DNA from: an uncultured delta proteobacterium
GTDB taxonomy: Bacteria > Myxococcota_A > Polyangia > Fen-1088
NCBI GenBank assembly: GCA_963767925.1
Contig: CAVYGB010000010.1
Location: 256,001-320,000, forward strand
DNA length: 64,000 bases
Direction of reading: 5' to 3'
A program made the translations under genes and the position numbers. Under the pieces are notes generated by a model that was not told the DNA's origin, ran no database searches, and was given only the letters and a program-made list of their open reading frames with translations. Positions 38,416 to 47,868 of this stretch are shown in pieces. Every line of letters starts with the position of its first letter. Position 1 is the stretch's first letter.

Positions 38416-39420
38416 CTAGAAGGCCGCGACGCGCTCGAGGACCCAGAAGCAGGCCAGCGCGCCGACCGCGTAGGCGGTCACCAGCTTTCCCGGCAGGGGC
38501 CGCAGCCGGGGCAGCCGGGCCAGCAGGCGGGTGGCCAGCAGGACCACTGCCACGAACAGGAGCTGGCCGACCTCCACCCCCAGGTTGAAGGTCAGCAGGG
38601 CCAGGGGGACGTCGCCCTCGGGCAGGCCGACCTGGCCGAGGGCGCCGGCGAAGCCGAGGCCGTGCAGCAGGCCGAAGGCGAAGGCGACCGGCCAGGAGCG
38701 GCGCGCGCCGAGGCCGGGACGGCCCCGGGCGAGCAGCCAGAGCTCGCGCGCCACGAACACGATCGACAGGGCGATGACCGCCTCGACCGGGGCCGGCGGG
38801 ATCTGGACCAGCCCCAGGCTGGCCAGGGCCAGGGTCAGGCTGTGCGCGGCGGTGAAGGCGGTGATGGTCTTGACGAGCGCGGACAGCGAGGCCGCGAGCA
38901 GCGTCAAGGCCAGCACGAACAGCAGGTGATCGACGCCGGTGAGGATGTGCTCGACGCCGAGCCGCAGGTACGTGCCGGCCACCGCCAGGGCCCCGGGCGC
39001 CCGGGGCACCACGAAGCCACCCCGCCCGGGGACGATCCGACCGGTCACCGTGCGCCCATCGAGGGCGGCGATGCGCACCAGCACCTCGCCCGGCTTGCCG
39101 CCGGAGCCGGCCCGGCCCGCGCGCACGTCGAGGGTCCGGCCGGCCAGCCCGCCGGGGGCCCGCACCCGCAGGCGCTCGACCGCCATGTCCCCCACCTGCA
39201 TGCGCGCGGCCGCCCCCTCGGGCAGCACACCCGGCGGCCAGATGGGCGCGGGCGGGCCGGCCACCGTCAGCTCGATCGGGATCCGCCAGACCACCTCGTA
39301 AAGGCCCGGGGTCAGCTCGTCGAGCGACAGCAGCGAGGGCGTGAGCGGGTGACCCGCGGCCGCGCCCGGCAGCAGCGCCGTGGCGAAAACGCCGGCGAGC
39401 AGCGGGCCGGCGCACCTCAC
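38416..39420 (-). CDS. HupE/UreJ-family membrane protein
   Basis: YLRLGVEHILTGVDHLLFV, ITAFTAAHSLTL, FGLLHGLGFA, FNLGVEVGQL. Confidence 0.9.
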   Translation of the reverse strand: MRCAGPLLAGVFATALLPGAAAGHPLTPSLLSLDELTPGLYEVVWRIPIELTVAGPPAPIWPPGVLPEGAAARMQVGDMAVERLRVRAPGGLAGRTLDVRAGRAGSGGKPGEVLVRIAALDGRTVTGRIVPGRGGFVVPRAPGALAVAGTYLRLGVEHILTGVDHLLFVLALTLLAASLSALVKTITAFTAAHSLTLALASLGLVQIPPAPVEAVIALSIVFVARELWLLARGRPGLGARRSWPVAFAFGLLHGLGFAGALGQVGLPEGDVPLALLTFNLGVEVGQLLFVAVVLLATRLLARLPRLRPLPGKLVTAYAVGALACFWVLERVAAF

Positions 39421-40360
39421 GGGGCCGCTTGTCTCCCGAGCAGCGGCGCCAGGAGGGGCGCGCCGGAGAGGGCCTTGCGGGTCGGGGGGTCGAGCTCGAT
39501 GCGGTAGCGGGGCGCCAGGCGCTCGGCGGCCGCCCGCAGCCCGCGCGTCTCGCTGGTGAGCCAGTCGGCGCGCACGTGTTTGCGCGCCTCCTCGAAGGTC
39601 GGCACCCGCTCGGGCTCGCGCTGGCGGACGCGCACGAGGTGCACCCCGAAGCTGCTGGTCAGCGGCCCCGACCAGGTGGCGAGCGGCGCCCCGAACAGAC
39701 CGCCCGCGAAGGCCGAGCCATAGAGGTGCGCCACCTGGGTGTCGGTCCGCTCGGACATCTGGGCGGGCAACACGAAGCTGTCGCCCAGGCCGGGCGGGGG
39801 GGATCGGCCGGCCCGCGCTGGACCAGGGTGGCCAGCGCGGCCTGGGCGGCGGCGCGGGGGTCGCCCCGCAGCTTGGCGTCGAAGTAGAGCTGCTCGAACC
39901 AGATCCGCGCCGGCTGGCGGAAGCGGTGGCGGTAGACCTCGTACCAGCGCTGGAGCTGCGCCTCCGACGGCTCGCCCGGGGCGGCCTGGGGCCGGACCAG
40001 CACGGTCATCTTCTCGATGAGCCGGCGCCGCACCACCTCGTCGTCGACGTCGAGGCCCAGGGTGGTGGCCTCGCGGTAGAGGATCTCCTCGCTGAGGAAG
40101 GTCTGCGCCAGGTCAGCCAGTTCGGCCGGCGAAGGCTCGCGTTTCCAGGCGGCGGCGTAGCTGCCGCGCAGGGTCTCGATCTCGGCCGCGCCGAGCTGAA
40201 CCACCCGGGCGCGGGGCGCCGCCGCCACCGGAGTGGGGTCCGCTCGCACAAGCCCGTACAGCAAGAACAGGGCACCGCCCAGCAAGACGAAGTGGGTCAA
40301 GGGCTCGCGCAGCAGCCTGGCGAGCGCGGCCCTGCGCGTGGGGCGGGGAGATCGGGTCAT
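39417..40360 (-). CDS. PpiC/rotamase-2-type peptidyl-prolyl isomerase-like protein, frameshifted in a G7 run (39796-39802)
   Basis: LLREPLTHFVLLG, EEILYREA..LGLD.DDEVVRRRL; after the shift GLGDSFVLP, WSGPLTSSFGVHLV. Adding one base restores a single ORF. Confidence 0.85.
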
Positions 40361-40611
40361 GGACGGCGCGAAGCCGCCGCCACAGTATCACGGGGCCAGC
40401 GCCGGTAACGCCGCGCAAGGGAACAGCGGCGGTGCGAGAGGCGCAACGTGGGATGCTGGCGGCCAACGCACGCAACGAACCCGCTGGGAGCCCCCCGGTC
40501 TCTCCTGGGGCGTTTGTGTGTGGTAAGCTGCATCTCTTCGATGCGGCCCGGCCCGTCCGCCAACGCTCACGCGACGAGAGATCCCGCCCGTCGTTCCATC
40601 AGGAGGTCGAG

Positions 40612-41484
40612 ATGACTACCGAGAGTTCCGTCGTGGTCGCGCTTCGCGAGGTTCGCCGCCTGGAGCTCGAACGGCAGCGACGGGAACAGGAGACCCGCAA
40701 GCGCGAGCACGACGAGGAACGGAGCCGGGCGGCGGAGAACGCGCAGCGGGCGTCGATCCAGTACGGACCCGGCGTCGCCCCCTATGTCAGCGGCCAGGGC
40801 TGGGGTGGTCAAGGGCAGGAAGCCGCGCACCCGCCCGAGGCCTACGCCCACCCGGTACGGCGTACCACCGAGGTCGTGCCCCTGGCCGCCCAGGCCTACG
40901 CCGAATCGCAGAGCGTCCCCGCCCCCCCGCCCGGCTGGCTGGAAGAGGGCGTCGCGTTTCGTCCGGCTCCCCGGCAAAAATCGCGCTTCGGCGCGGTGCT
41001 GGTGACCCTGCTGTTCAGCGCGACGGCGGCCGCCGCCGGGTACTGGAAGCTCAGCGGCGAGTGGCAGTCGTCCCTCGCCCGGGTGGAGGCGGAGCGGGAC
41101 CAGCTCGAGGAGCAGCGGAACGAGGCGGTCGCCGCCCGTTCCAAGACCGAGCAGGAGCTGAAGGTCCGGGTGGCCGACCTGCAGACCCGGCTGACCGTGG
41201 CCAACACGAAGAACCAGGCGGTCGAGTCGGCGCTGGCCGCGCGGGAAGAGGCCGAGGACGTAGGCATGGCGGCGGCGCCGCCCTTGCCGTCGAAGCGCTT
41301 CAACCGCATGGGCGGCCGGCGGGGCCGGGGGGCGGCGATGCGCAAATTTCCGCCGGCGGCCGGCAAGCCGGTCGAGCCCCAGATGAAGATGGGCCCCGGC
41401 CCGGGCGGAGAAGACCGGCCGAGCCCCCGGGTGGCGAAGAAGAAGAACCTCTCGGACGATCCGCTGGGCGGCCTGCGCCTCTAG
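40612..41484 (+). CDS. Hypothetical single-TM coiled-coil protein
   Basis: CAGGAGG RBS; MTTESSVVVALREVRRLE charged helix, central TM, coiled coil, C-terminal SDDPLGGL. Confidence 0.75.
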   Translation: MTTESSVVVALREVRRLELERQRREQETRKREHDEERSRAAENAQRASIQYGPGVAPYVSGQGWGGQGQEAAHPPEAYAHPVRRTTEVVPLAAQAYAESQSVPAPPPGWLEEGVAFRPAPRQKSRFGAVLVTLLFSATAAAAGYWKLSGEWQSSLARVEAERDQLEEQRNEAVAARSKTEQELKVRVADLQTRLTVANTKNQAVESALAAREEAEDVGMAAAPPLPSKRFNRMGGRRGRGAAMRKFPPAAGKPVEPQMKMGPGPGGEDRPSPRVAKKKNLSDDPLGGLRL

Positions 41485-41588
41485 CCCTCACCCCTCCCCT
41501 CTCCCCGCTGCCGCGGGGCGAGGGCGAACAGGCCGCGGGGCTCCGATATCCGCGCGACTCCCCCCGGATCGCCACTCGCTTGGCCGCG

Positions 41589-42332
41589 CTAGAAGTAGCG
41601 GCCGAGGACCCGGGCCACCCGGGACGCGGGGTCCGGGAACGTCTCCAGGTGCAGGTGGTCCCGGTGATCGGCGTCGTCGTCGGGGGTGATGATCACCCGG
41701 AAGGCGCTGTGGTGTTTCAGCCGGCAGGCGAGCTGGCGCAGCCGGCGGGCGGCCGCGCTGCGGGGACGGCCGACGCAGCCGTCGAGGTCGCCCTCTCGGG
41801 CGGAGAGTCCCCGCCAGCGGCCGGAGCCCATCTCGAAGTCCCGCTTCACGTCGAAGCTGCCCGCCGGTCCGGACAGCGAATGCACGTCGATGGCGAGCCC
41901 GAAGGCGTGGGCGGACATCTGGTCGGACCGCCGCCGCGTCCGGTAGTCGTAGGCGCCCGAGAACGAGAGCTCGTCGATCCCCGCCGCGCGCACGATGGGC
42001 GCGGCCTCGGATAGGGCACGGGCCAGCTCGCAGTCCATGAGGGCGGGTCGGCCCGCGCGCGGCTTGAGCCGGACACCCCCCAGCTCGCCGACGATCTGCA
42101 CCGGCGTGCGGATCCCCCGGGTGGGCGGGGCGGCGAGGAACGGCACGTTCAGGGTCCGCAGATGGCGCAGGCACTCCGTGTCGGGGCCCGCCGCCCCCCG
42201 CGGCGGTAGCTCGAGCCGGGGCGGTGCGACGCTCTCCTCCGCGCAGCTCGAGAGCAACGCGGCCAGCAGGACCGCCGCCAGACGCTCCGCTGTCGCCGAA
42301 GGGGGAAGGCACCGCACCGCGCGCATCGACAT
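41589..42332 (-). CDS. Extensin-like C-terminal domain lipoprotein
   Basis: LSSC lipobox, MDCELARAL, GAYDYR, SAHAFGLAIDV, ITPDDDADHRDHLHLE. Confidence 0.85.
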   Translation of the reverse strand: MSMRAVRCLPPSATAERLAAVLLAALLSSCAEESVAPPRLELPPRGAAGPDTECLRHLRTLNVPFLAAPPTRGIRTPVQIVGELGGVRLKPRAGRPALMDCELARALSEAAPIVRAAGIDELSFSGAYDYRTRRRSDQMSAHAFGLAIDVHSLSGPAGSFDVKRDFEMGSGRWRGLSAREGDLDGCVGRPRSAAARRLRQLACRLKHHSAFRVIITPDDDADHRDHLHLETFPDPASRVARVLGRYF

Positions 42333-42471
42333 CGCAACCTTAAGACGGTCGAGGGGCCCGCGCCATCTTCGGGGAGGGTGCGTCCGTGGCCGCGATCGCC
42401 ACCGGCGGGAGGATCGGGCGAAGGAAAAAGATGCGGCCGCCGCGAGCGGGGAAAGCCCCCGATTTCCGCAC

Positions 42472-42590
42472 CGGTAACACCGGTTACCGCACGGTCACGG
42501 CCGGTTGCAGGCTGCGGACGCGGCCAGCGGCTTCATCTCCAGCGATCTCGGTCAGTTGAAGGGGCCACCGGCCGTGGCACGTCGATTGAA
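42472..42590 (+). promoter_or_regulatory. Candidate sigma54 (-24/-12) promoter with upstream phased repeats and palindrome
   Basis: TGGCAC-GTCGA-TTGA at 42575-42589. CGGTAAC-N4-GTTACCG palindrome at 42472-42489. CGGT(A/T/C)(A/G)C repeats at 42472, 42481, 42492 and 42502. Confidence 0.55.
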
Positions 42591-42600
42591 TAACCTCGAG

Positions 42601-42870
42601 ACAAGAAAACTGAATAGCCAGGTGAATGGTCGTTCGAGGCTCCGAGGTAGGTCAGGGACGGGTTCCGGCGTGAAGGTGGGGTTGGTCGTGAGGCTGGAAA
42701 ACGTGGGGCGTGGGAGTGAGCCCGCGGGAGGGGGTCGTCGCGCGGTGTTTCAGGGGCGATTGCCCGTAACGACCATCGGGGTTCCCGGATCGGCGAGGTG
42801 CATCTCGGCGGAGGGCGTCGTTGGGGTGGGAAGATGCGCAGGACGGCATCGTGGAGATTCGGGACCCCGC
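42601..42870 (+). ncRNA. Candidate structured small RNA, family unassigned
   Basis: No convincing ORF. Long-range complementary stems 42626-42634/42768-42776 and 42777-42791/42856-42869. Lies downstream of the sigma54-like promoter. Confidence 0.35.
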
Positions 42871-42898
42871 ACCTGGGACGCTCGCTATCCTTGGGTGG

Positions 42899-43747
42899 AT
42901 GGCGCTCAGGCGCTCTGAGCTCGAGGAAATCCAAGCTCGTCTGCTCCGCCTCCGGGCGGCGATCGACGAGCGCTTGCAGATCCAGCGGCGGTTGCAGCAG
43001 GAGCGCGACCGGCTCTCCGCGCTGGAAGCGCGGGTGGGGACCGGCCGGCGGCTGTCCTCACCGGCGGCGCGCGCGCCCGGTCGCAAGCTGGTTGTCGAGC
43101 GCGACGCCTGCGAGGAGCTGTGCCGGACGCTGGAGGCGCGCCTGCGCGAGCTCGACGGCGCGCCCGAGGCGCTCATGGTCGCGGCGGTGGAGAAGGAGGC
43201 CTGGGTGCGCTCGCACGACCCCGCGGGGGCGGCCGAGCTGGACCGGCTGGCCGAGGGGCACGCCACCGCGGCGATGATCCGCCGGCGGGTGGAGGCGGCG
43301 GCCTCGGCGGCCGAGGGCGCGCTGGCCGCGCTGGCCGACACCGAGCGGAGCTGGAGCCGGGCCCGGGGCTGGCAACGCCGGACGCTGGCGGCCGGACGCC
43401 TGGTGGCGGTCATGGTGGGCAAGACCCGCCGGGACGAGGCCCGGCACGGCGCCATCGCCGCCAAGTCGGCCCTCGAGCGGTTCACCCACGCTTGCGATGG
43501 CCTCCCGCCCGAGGACGATCACACGTCCCCGCGGGTGGGCGCCCTGGCCCGCTCGGCCGAGCGCTGGTTCGCGCGGGCCCTCATCGAGAGCGCCCAGCGG
43601 GGGGTCAGCGATCGGGTCAAACACGCCCTGGCGGGCGCGCACCACGGGATCGGGGCGGCCCTGGATCGGCTGTCGGCCTGGCGGCGCGCCCTGTCCGCTC
43701 GCGAAGGGGAATACGAGGCCCACTACCGGCTCATCGTCGGCATGTGA
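42899..43747 (+). CDS. Hypothetical coiled-coil protein
   Basis: Ala/Arg/Glu-rich helical ORF; TATCCT -10-like box 7 nt before ATG 42899. Confidence 0.65.
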   Translation: MALRRSELEEIQARLLRLRAAIDERLQIQRRLQQERDRLSALEARVGTGRRLSSPAARAPGRKLVVERDACEELCRTLEARLRELDGAPEALMVAAVEKEAWVRSHDPAGAAELDRLAEGHATAAMIRRRVEAAASAAEGALAALADTERSWSRARGWQRRTLAAGRLVAVMVGKTRRDEARHGAIAAKSALERFTHACDGLPPEDDHTSPRVGALARSAERWFARALIESAQRGVSDRVKHALAGAHHGIGAALDRLSAWRRALSAREGEYEAHYRLIVGM

Positions 43748-44964
43748 GCGGGGTCGAGCGCCGGGAGGACCACCTTGACGCTTTGGCCGCCCCCCTCCCC
43801 CGCCGCCACCTCGATGCTGCCGCCATAAGAGCCGAGGATGCTCCGGCAGATGGCCAGGCAGAGCGCCTTGTCGGTGCGAGGCTCGAGAGCCCAGGACGCT
43901 GCCTCGGCGGCGGCCGCGGCCGCCGCGGCGTAGGCCGGCACCGCGCTGGCTTCCGCCTGGGCGTCGACCTCCTCGACCAGCTCGACCACCGCCTTCTGAT
44001 CGGCGCCGTAGACGCTCACCCGGATCTGGCGCGCGGCGACCGGAGTGGGCTGGGCGGGCAAGGTCACGTTGACCAGCAGGCCCAGGAACACCTGGAGCAG
44101 GCGGGTCTCGTCGCCGCTGACCGGGGGGGGATCGCGGAAGTCGCACACCAGGCGGGCCCGCCGCCGGAGCTGGCCGCTCACCAGCCGGACGGCGGCCTCC
44201 AGCAGCGGCACCAGGGCGACCGCCGCGCGCCGCTCGGTGCGCGCGCGGGCCATCTTCCCCATCGCCTCGAGGATGTCGTAGATGCGATCAGCCCCGATGC
44301 GGGTGTCGTGGACCATGGCGCCCAGCTCGACGACCAGGTGCTCGACCTCGTCGCAGGTCCGTTGCACGACCGGATCCGGGCTGCTGCGCCGGGCGGCCTG
44401 CAGCACCGCCCGGATCTGGGGCGCCGTCTCGTCGGCGAGCTGGGTGTTCGTCACCAAGCAGGCCAGCGGGTTGCGCAGCTCGTGCTCGATGCTGGCGGTG
44501 AGGGCGCCCAGCAGGCCCAGGCGGTAGACGTTTTCGATCTCCTCGGCGGGCTTCCAGCAGCCGCGCTCGACGAGCACGCGATCGACGGTGTCGAGCAGGT
44601 CGGAGGCCCGCACCGGTTTGTGCAGGAAGGCGTCGGCGTGAATGGCGGAGGCCTTGGGGCTGCTGTCGGCGGAGATCGCGATGACGGGGATCTTGGCCAG
44701 CTCCGAGTCGGCCCGCTGGCGCGAGCGAAACTCCCAGCCGTCCATGCGGGGCAACATCAGATCGAGGATCATGAGGTCGGGCAGGGGCTCGCGGTGGATC
44801 AGCTCCCAGGCCTGGCCCCCGTCGCCGCAGGACTCGACCTCGTAGCCCTCGTCCTCGAGCAACATCTCGATCGACTCGCGCACGTCGGGGTCGTCGTCCA
44901 CCACCAGCACGCGGCCACGCGCCCGCCTGGGCTCACCAGGTTCCGGCAGCCGAGGCCCTTGCAC
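43723..44964 (-). CDS. REC-HisKA protein with degenerate HATPase domain
   Basis: VLVVDDD, LDLMLP, HKP receiver; EHELRNP H-box; N/G1/G2 boxes degenerate. Confidence 0.85.
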   Translation of the reverse strand: MQGPRLPEPGEPRRARGRVLVVDDDPDVRESIEMLLEDEGYEVESCGDGGQAWELIHREPLPDLMILDLMLPRMDGWEFRSRQRADSELAKIPVIAISADSSPKASAIHADAFLHKPVRASDLLDTVDRVLVERGCWKPAEEIENVYRLGLLGALTASIEHELRNPLACLVTNTQLADETAPQIRAVLQAARRSSPDPVVQRTCDEVEHLVVELGAMVHDTRIGADRIYDILEAMGKMARARTERRAAVALVPLLEAAVRLVSGQLRRRARLVCDFRDPPPVSGDETRLLQVFLGLLVNVTLPAQPTPVAARQIRVSVYGADQKAVVELVEEVDAQAEASAVPAYAAAAAAAAEAASWALEPRTDKALCLAICRSILGSYGGSIEVAAGEGGGQSVKVVLPALDPAHMPTMSR

Positions 44965-45145
44965 GCGATCATCTTACACGGCTTGCCCGCTGAGGGGACG
45001 GCCCGTAACGGGATGGTGTCGCCGCCGGTGTTGCGCACCCTGGACGCTCAGGGTGGCTCAGGGGCCTCGTTACCAGGAACTTACGCACGTTTAACCCTCT
45101 CGCTGCCGCTTTGCCGGTACCAAAGAAGAGTCAAAGGAGGCGATC

Positions 45146-45361
45146 ATGCTCAAATCCGAGGCACGAGGCGGGCGCGGCAGGCAGCAGGTCGAGTGGGAGT
45201 GGCGGCAGGCCTGGGGCGGCGACCTGGACGAGGATGCGACAGCGCAGGAGCCCCAACGGGAGATGCTGTGGGAGGCGGAGATGTGGGCGGTCTGGCAGAA
45301 GGAGGCGCGCCGCTCCCGGCTCGAGCAGCGCAAGGCGCACGACCGGAGCGAACGGCCCTAG
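45146..45361 (+). CDS. Small Trp/Glu-rich hypothetical protein
   Basis: AAGGAGG RBS 5 nt before the ATG; 71 aa; fills the gap between flanking genes. Confidence 0.55.
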   Translation: MLKSEARGGRGRQQVEWEWRQAWGGDLDEDATAQEPQREMLWEAEMWAVWQKEARRSRLEQRKAHDRSERP

Positions 45362-45389
45362 CAGCCAGCGCGCTCCGCGCCTACGCCCC

Positions 45390-46700
45390 TCAGAGGGCGG
45401 AGGCGCCCGGCTCGACGAGCAGGGCGTAGGGACGGTCGGTCGCCCCTGGGCAGGAGTGGGGGTCGAGGGGCCGCGCGCAGGTCCAGGCCAGGGGCCAGCG
45501 CAGGAAGCTGCCGCGTTCCGCGGGCAGGACGACCTGCCCGGTCCAGCGGTGGATCCGAGGCGGCATCAGCCAGCTCGCCCGCGCGGCGGGCTGCAGGGGC
45601 GGCCGATCCTGGCCCAGCACCTGGTAGCCAGGTGGGTTGGTGTGGACCGACCGCTGGCCGGCGTAAAACGGCAGGCGCAGCCAGGAGAGCTCCGGGGAGC
45701 GGCGGGCGTCGAGCCGCTCGGGCTCGGGCAACACGATCACCCGGAACTCGTGGGCGGCGATGAAACGCGCCGGCGGCGGGATCTCCTCGTCGGGACCGAA
45801 GGGGCCGATCACCGAGCCGGCCTCGGTGTAACGGGCGGGCAGCGGATAGCTGGCGCCGCTGAACACGCCCGACCAGGCCAGCACGCGGCCCTGGCCGCCA
45901 ACGTAGACCAGCGGGTGATCCTCGCGCGGATCGGCCGGATCTTTGCCGGCCAGGCGCACCACCTGATCGGGCTCGCTGTAACGGCCGTGAAAGAAGTACT
46001 GGTGTCCCACCGGGACGAAGGTCGCCTCGGGGGTCAGCCGTGCCGGGCCGCGCAGGATGACCTGGATCCGTTCCCAGTCGCCCTCGTGGCGGTTCACCCA
46101 CTCGTTGAAGGGGTAATAGAACCAGTATGAGATTGCCAGCAGCCCGCGGGCCCGGTTGAACCAGTAGACGTGGGCGTATTGCGTCGGCGGATAGGGGCTG
46201 ACGGCGGGCGGAGCGTCCAGGCCCCCCGGCTGCACGATCTGGCGCCAGCGTTGCCGCCAGCGACTGAGCGCGTGCGGGCCAGCGGGGCGGTCGTCGCCAG
46301 GGGCATCGACGTAATAGCGGATCGCCCGACCGGCGGGCGTCTGGTGGGGCAGACCCGACCAGTCCAGCTTGCCGAGCGAGGAGCCGGGCATGGCGACGTA
46401 GCTGTCGGCGCCGTCGACGTCCGCCACCAGGTCGGCTCCGTCGTGCCAGGCGTAGCGCACCTCGACCGGCCAGATGTCGGCGATGGGAAAGGCCATCGCC
46501 GGATTGAAACGGCGGGCCAGCTCGGCGGGCACCGGGCCCTCCGCCTCCTGCGCGTCGAGCGTCGCGGGGACGGCCAGGTCGGCGAAGCGCGAACGCGAGC
46601 TCGGCGGCGTCGGGCCACCCAGCGAGACCGGCGAGGTCGTGTGGTACGTCGTGGTGAGCACGACCAGGCCGGTGAGCAACGAAGAGCGGGCCCCTGCCAA
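45390..46700 (-). CDS. Exported hypothetical protein with Vps62/NPP1-like motif
   Basis: ELARRFNPAM, ISYWFYYPFN...HEGDWERIQV, FFHG, HPLVYVG. Hydrophobic N-terminus; start uncertain (TTG 46700). Confidence 0.7.
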   Translation of the reverse strand: MAGARSSLLTGLVVLTTTYHTTSPVSLGGPTPPSSRSRFADLAVPATLDAQEAEGPVPAELARRFNPAMAFPIADIWPVEVRYAWHDGADLVADVDGADSYVAMPGSSLGKLDWSGLPHQTPAGRAIRYYVDAPGDDRPAGPHALSRWRQRWRQIVQPGGLDAPPAVSPYPPTQYAHVYWFNRARGLLAISYWFYYPFNEWVNRHEGDWERIQVILRGPARLTPEATFVPVGHQYFFHGRYSEPDQVVRLAGKDPADPREDHPLVYVGGQGRVLAWSGVFSGASYPLPARYTEAGSVIGPFGPDEEIPPPARFIAAHEFRVIVLPEPERLDARRSPELSWLRLPFYAGQRSVHTNPPGYQVLGQDRPPLQPAARASWLMPPRIHRWTGQVVLPAERGSFLRWPLAWTCARPLDPHSCPGATDRPYALLVEPGASAL

Positions 46701-46772
46701 GCATCCGAGGAGTTCGGCGGGATCGGTGGAAAACCTAATGCGGCGTCGCCAACCGCCGATAGCTGAACACAG

Positions 46773-47852
46773 ATGTTCCGGGGGGCGGTGGGGCGGGCGG
46801 TGGTGTTGCTGGCGGCGCTGGGGTGTGGACATCCCAGCCTCGAGATCGACTACGACGGCGAAGGTGGGGCGCCGCCGCCCGGCGCCGGACCAGGCATCTT
46901 CGAGCCCGACGGGCCCCCGGGCAGCAGCGACGGCGGGATCGACGCGCGCGGGCCGACCGAGAGCATGAACTGCGGCAACAAGAAGGTGGAGCTGCAGCGC
47001 CGGCCAGCGGACGTCGTCCTCGTCCTCGATCGCTCGGGATCGATGTTGCAGAACCTGCGCGACACCGGGAGCGGCCGCTTCGTGCAAAAGTGGGCCGAGG
47101 TGGTGGGCGCCATCGGCGGCGTCATCCAGACCACCCAGAGCGGCGTGGCCTGGGGGCTGAAGCTCTACCCCCATCCCGACGCCTGCGCCGTCCCGGAAGG
47201 GCTCACCGTGCCGGTCGGCCCGACCAACCATGCCGCGATCCTCGCCGCGATCGGGGACGACCCGCCCTTCGAGGGGACCGGCTCCAGCCCGACCGGAGAG
47301 GCCCTCCGCAAGGCGGGAGACGCCCTGCGCGCGCTGGCCTCCGGGAGCAGCAAATACCTGATCCTGGCGACCGACGGCCTGCCCACCTGTCGCCCCGACG
47401 GCAGGAGCAGCGACGACGACCGGGCGGGGGCCATCGCGGCGGTGTCCGCGCTGAACGCGGCCGGCATCCCGGTGTTCGTCGTGGGCATCGCCACCGAGAC
47501 CAGCGAGGCGCACGGCATCCTCAACGAGATGGCCCAGCGGGGGGGACGGCCCCGGGCCGCCGCCACCCGTTATTACCCGGTGAGCGGACGGGCCGACCTG
47601 GTGGCGGCGCTGGAGGACGTCACCGGGCAGATCTTCGCCTGCACCTTCCGGCTCGATCAGATGCCGCCCGATCCCGACAACGTCGCGGTCGAGCTGGACG
47701 GCGTCTCCCTGCCGCGCGATGCCGCCCACCAGGAGGGCTGGGACTACGGCGAGGGGAACTCGATCGTGCTGTTCGGATCGGCCTGCGGGCGCCTGGCCAG
47801 CGGCGAAGCCAGCAAGGTCCAGATCCTGTACGGCTGCGCCGCCCGCCGCTGA
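46773..47852 (+). CDS. VWA-domain lipoprotein
   Basis: ALGC lipobox, VLVLDRSGSM MIDAS, SPT, ILATDGLPTC, VFVVGI, Cys-containing C-terminal domain. Confidence 0.9.
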   Translation: MFRGAVGRAVVLLAALGCGHPSLEIDYDGEGGAPPPGAGPGIFEPDGPPGSSDGGIDARGPTESMNCGNKKVELQRRPADVVLVLDRSGSMLQNLRDTGSGRFVQKWAEVVGAIGGVIQTTQSGVAWGLKLYPHPDACAVPEGLTVPVGPTNHAAILAAIGDDPPFEGTGSSPTGEALRKAGDALRALASGSSKYLILATDGLPTCRPDGRSSDDDRAGAIAAVSALNAAGIPVFVVGIATETSEAHGILNEMAQRGGRPRAAATRYYPVSGRADLVAALEDVTGQIFACTFRLDQMPPDPDNVAVELDGVSLPRDAAHQEGWDYGEGNSIVLFGSACGRLASGEASKVQILYGCAARR

Positions 47853-47868
47853 CGCATCGCCGGGCCGC

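Noticed and set aside
35317..39507. 1396-aa plus-strand ORF and similar long antisense ORFs (e.g. 51996..55445, 43120..45429)
   Set aside because: Stop-poor shadow frames expected in very GC-rich DNA, lying opposite well-supported genes.
42601..42870. Assigning the structured region to 6S, SRP, RNase P, tmRNA or Pxr
   Set aside because: I could not recognise diagnostic motifs by eye; a covariance-model search is needed.
42505..42934. ORFs 42505..42918 (+) and 42533..42934 (-)
   Set aside because: Atypical codon usage, no RBS and no protein-like motifs; the region looks regulatory or non-coding.
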